Assembly: GCA_012295275.1 (NCBI GenBank)
Contig: CM022675.1
Location: forward strand, 1,860,001-1,924,000
Source of the DNA: Chrysomallon squamiferum
Taxonomy: Eukaryota; Animalia; Mollusca
Direction: 5' to 3'
Length of the DNA stretch: 64,000 bases
In this document: in pieces, positions 62,064 to 64,000 of the stretch
How positions within the stretch are numbered: position 1 is the first letter of the stretch
Layout: each line of letters opens with the position of its first letter
Program-made: the position numbers and the translations under genes
The notes under the pieces: model-generated
Databases searched by the model: none
Told to the model about the DNA's origin: nothing
The model's input: only the letters and a program-made list of their open reading frames with translations

Positions 62064-63120
62064 AATTTTGTTATTGCATTAATATTTTACGACAAAAGCA
62101 GCTGATATTTTGTGAGTGAAATATTAAAACTGTTTTGAAGAAAGTATTAAGAAAACTAGTTTGACAACATTTGACTAGATTGTTGTAGTGAACTAATATA
62201 AACACACTTGCGATGCCTCACTGCTCATCTACACTATTATACGTCTTCCACGCTGTGTTTTTCACTCGCTTGTTGTATATTATCTGATACATTAATGTTT
62301 TTCTTTTATTAGTCTTTTTCAGTCTGGATTTTTTTAACTTAAATATAATTATGTGCGCGACTTTATGTATGTATGTCTGTGAGTTTGTGATAATAATAAT
62401 AATAATAACAATAATAATAATAATATTAGTAATAATAACAATAATAATAAAAACACTTTTTCTGCGCAGATTATGACAGCTTTCAGACACTGCACTGAAT
62501 GACTTTGAATATACATTACGACATTAAATTAAGCTTGATGCTATCTATGTTCTGACGTATATACTTATTATATCTACGGGTGTTAGGGTGTGACACAAAG
62601 TTGTATTTTCAGATGAATCGTGTATACGCTATTCAGAATAAAAAGTTAGTTTTTTTTTATATATCTCTCAGCCAGTGACCTTTGTTATACTTTTATGTCT
62701 TTTACAAGGGCAGCTTAACTTACTATAAAATAATTGTATACGTTTCTACAGCTGCCTTACACAAAATATTTACTTACATTTTTTTTTTTTTAAACCTGTT
62801 TATAATCATGTCTTAGAAGTGAAAATTATTAAGGTAAACACGATTCTGCAGTCTGTTTTAACACAGAGGCGTACATAAATATAATACACAGATGCACACA
62901 GACACACACACACATATATATATCTTGCATATATCTATACTCACAGACACATACGCATGCATGCACACATACATTCATACACACATAAATACATGTCAGA
63001 ATTTTGTTGTTCAGTCCATGTTCGATAAATGTCTATCTACCGATATGTCTGTCTCAGCATCTGTCTGTCTGTCAATAGCTCTATGTATCCCTATTTATCT
63101 CTTTATCTCTATATATATCT
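59590..63120. repeat. Inverted homolog of ~8600-12060 (upstream spacer of copy A)
   Basis: Mirror ORFs 11577..11780 vs 59866..60066 and 9622..9858 vs 61875..62105, with continuous alignable sequence apart from indels. Confidence 0.88.
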
Positions 63121-63124
63121 ATAA

Positions 63125-64000
63125 GACTTAAATAAATAAATAAATAATCATCTTATATCTCTAGGCTTTCGACAAAACATATATATATATGTATATAGAT
63201 ATATATATATATATATGTGTGTGTATATATATATACACATAGATAGATAGATAGACTGATAGATAGATAGATGTTTTTAATTGGTATCTAAGCGCAGAGT
63301 GTGTCAGAACCATAATTCAGTTCCTATATTGTTATTGCTGTTTATAGCGTTGTTTATATGACTTATATCAGAATGTAAAGAAGAAGAAGAAAGAGAAGAG
63401 ATATATGAAATGTTTCGGTGACACTAGTGATGCGCTTCACACATGATTTAAATGCAAAGACATTTTTACTTTTTTTTTCTTTTCATTACGTTAGTATATT
63501 TCTTTCCAAACAGATCACACAGTGTAAGAGAGGAAAACGGTTTACTTGCAGTGTTACAATAAACAAGGTACGTGCAGTTCATCTTTCTATATATATGTAC
63601 GTTTATTACTTCGGTGAATGTATGTGCACAGTTTCTATGTATTTTATGTATGGTACGTTAATAAGTGTATGTGGATATTTGCATATATGTGTATATATGC
63701 TATATCAATAAATGTATGTACACTTTCTATATATGTGTATGTATGCTACGTCAGTAAATGCATATGGACACTTACAATGTATTTGTAAGTATCCTACTTC
63801 AAAAATGTGTATTCCTTCTGTACATTTGTATGCATATTACTACTTAAAATAAATGTGTACGCTTTCTATATACTTGTACAGGAACAAATATATGTGTCTG
63901 CGGGCGTACATTTGTATGTACGTTTATTCAGTGAATGCGTGCTTACATGTCTAGATTCATTACTTCAGTAAATGTGCATGTTTGACTTCTTTACATTTCC
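63125..64000 (+). repeat. Diverged direct copy of the copy C upstream region (~32650-33960); probable 5' flank of a fourth paralog
   Basis: Matches such as gacttaaataaataaataatcatcttat, ggtgacactagt...cacacatgatttaaatgcaaa and tatgtgtctgcgggcgtacatttg, with internal deletions. Confidence 0.85.

Overview
AT-rich, microsatellite-dense animal genomic DNA with GT-AG introns, probably from a mollusc. That assignment is inferred from the EGF-EGF-ZP gene type, and the repeat landscape looks cephalopod-like. Most listed ORFs are microsatellite noise. Manual splicing shows a cluster of paralogous multi-exon genes. Copy C (+, 35168-45141) is complete, with 19 coding exons and about 902 aa. Copy B (-, 20470-31650) has lost its 5' exons at a 200-N gap. 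Copy A (-, 89-2966) runs off the left edge and carries a 1-bp frameshift. The upstream region of a probable fourth copy lies at the right edge. The protein reads: signal peptide, 2 EGF, ZP-N, first strands of ZP-C, 4 SRCR domains, rest of ZP-C, furin site RKRR, TM helix, short tail. The four SRCR domains therefore sit inside the ZP-C domain as a phase 1-1 exon cassette. The paralogs are highly divergent in ZP-N and SRCR1-3 but nearly identical from SRCR4 onward. The window also holds an isolated chimaerin-like RhoGAP terminal exon (-, 50375-50552), a pogo/Tigger-like MITE, several minisatellites, and large inverted and direct duplications, some possibly assembly artefacts. All coordinates and counts were derived by hand.
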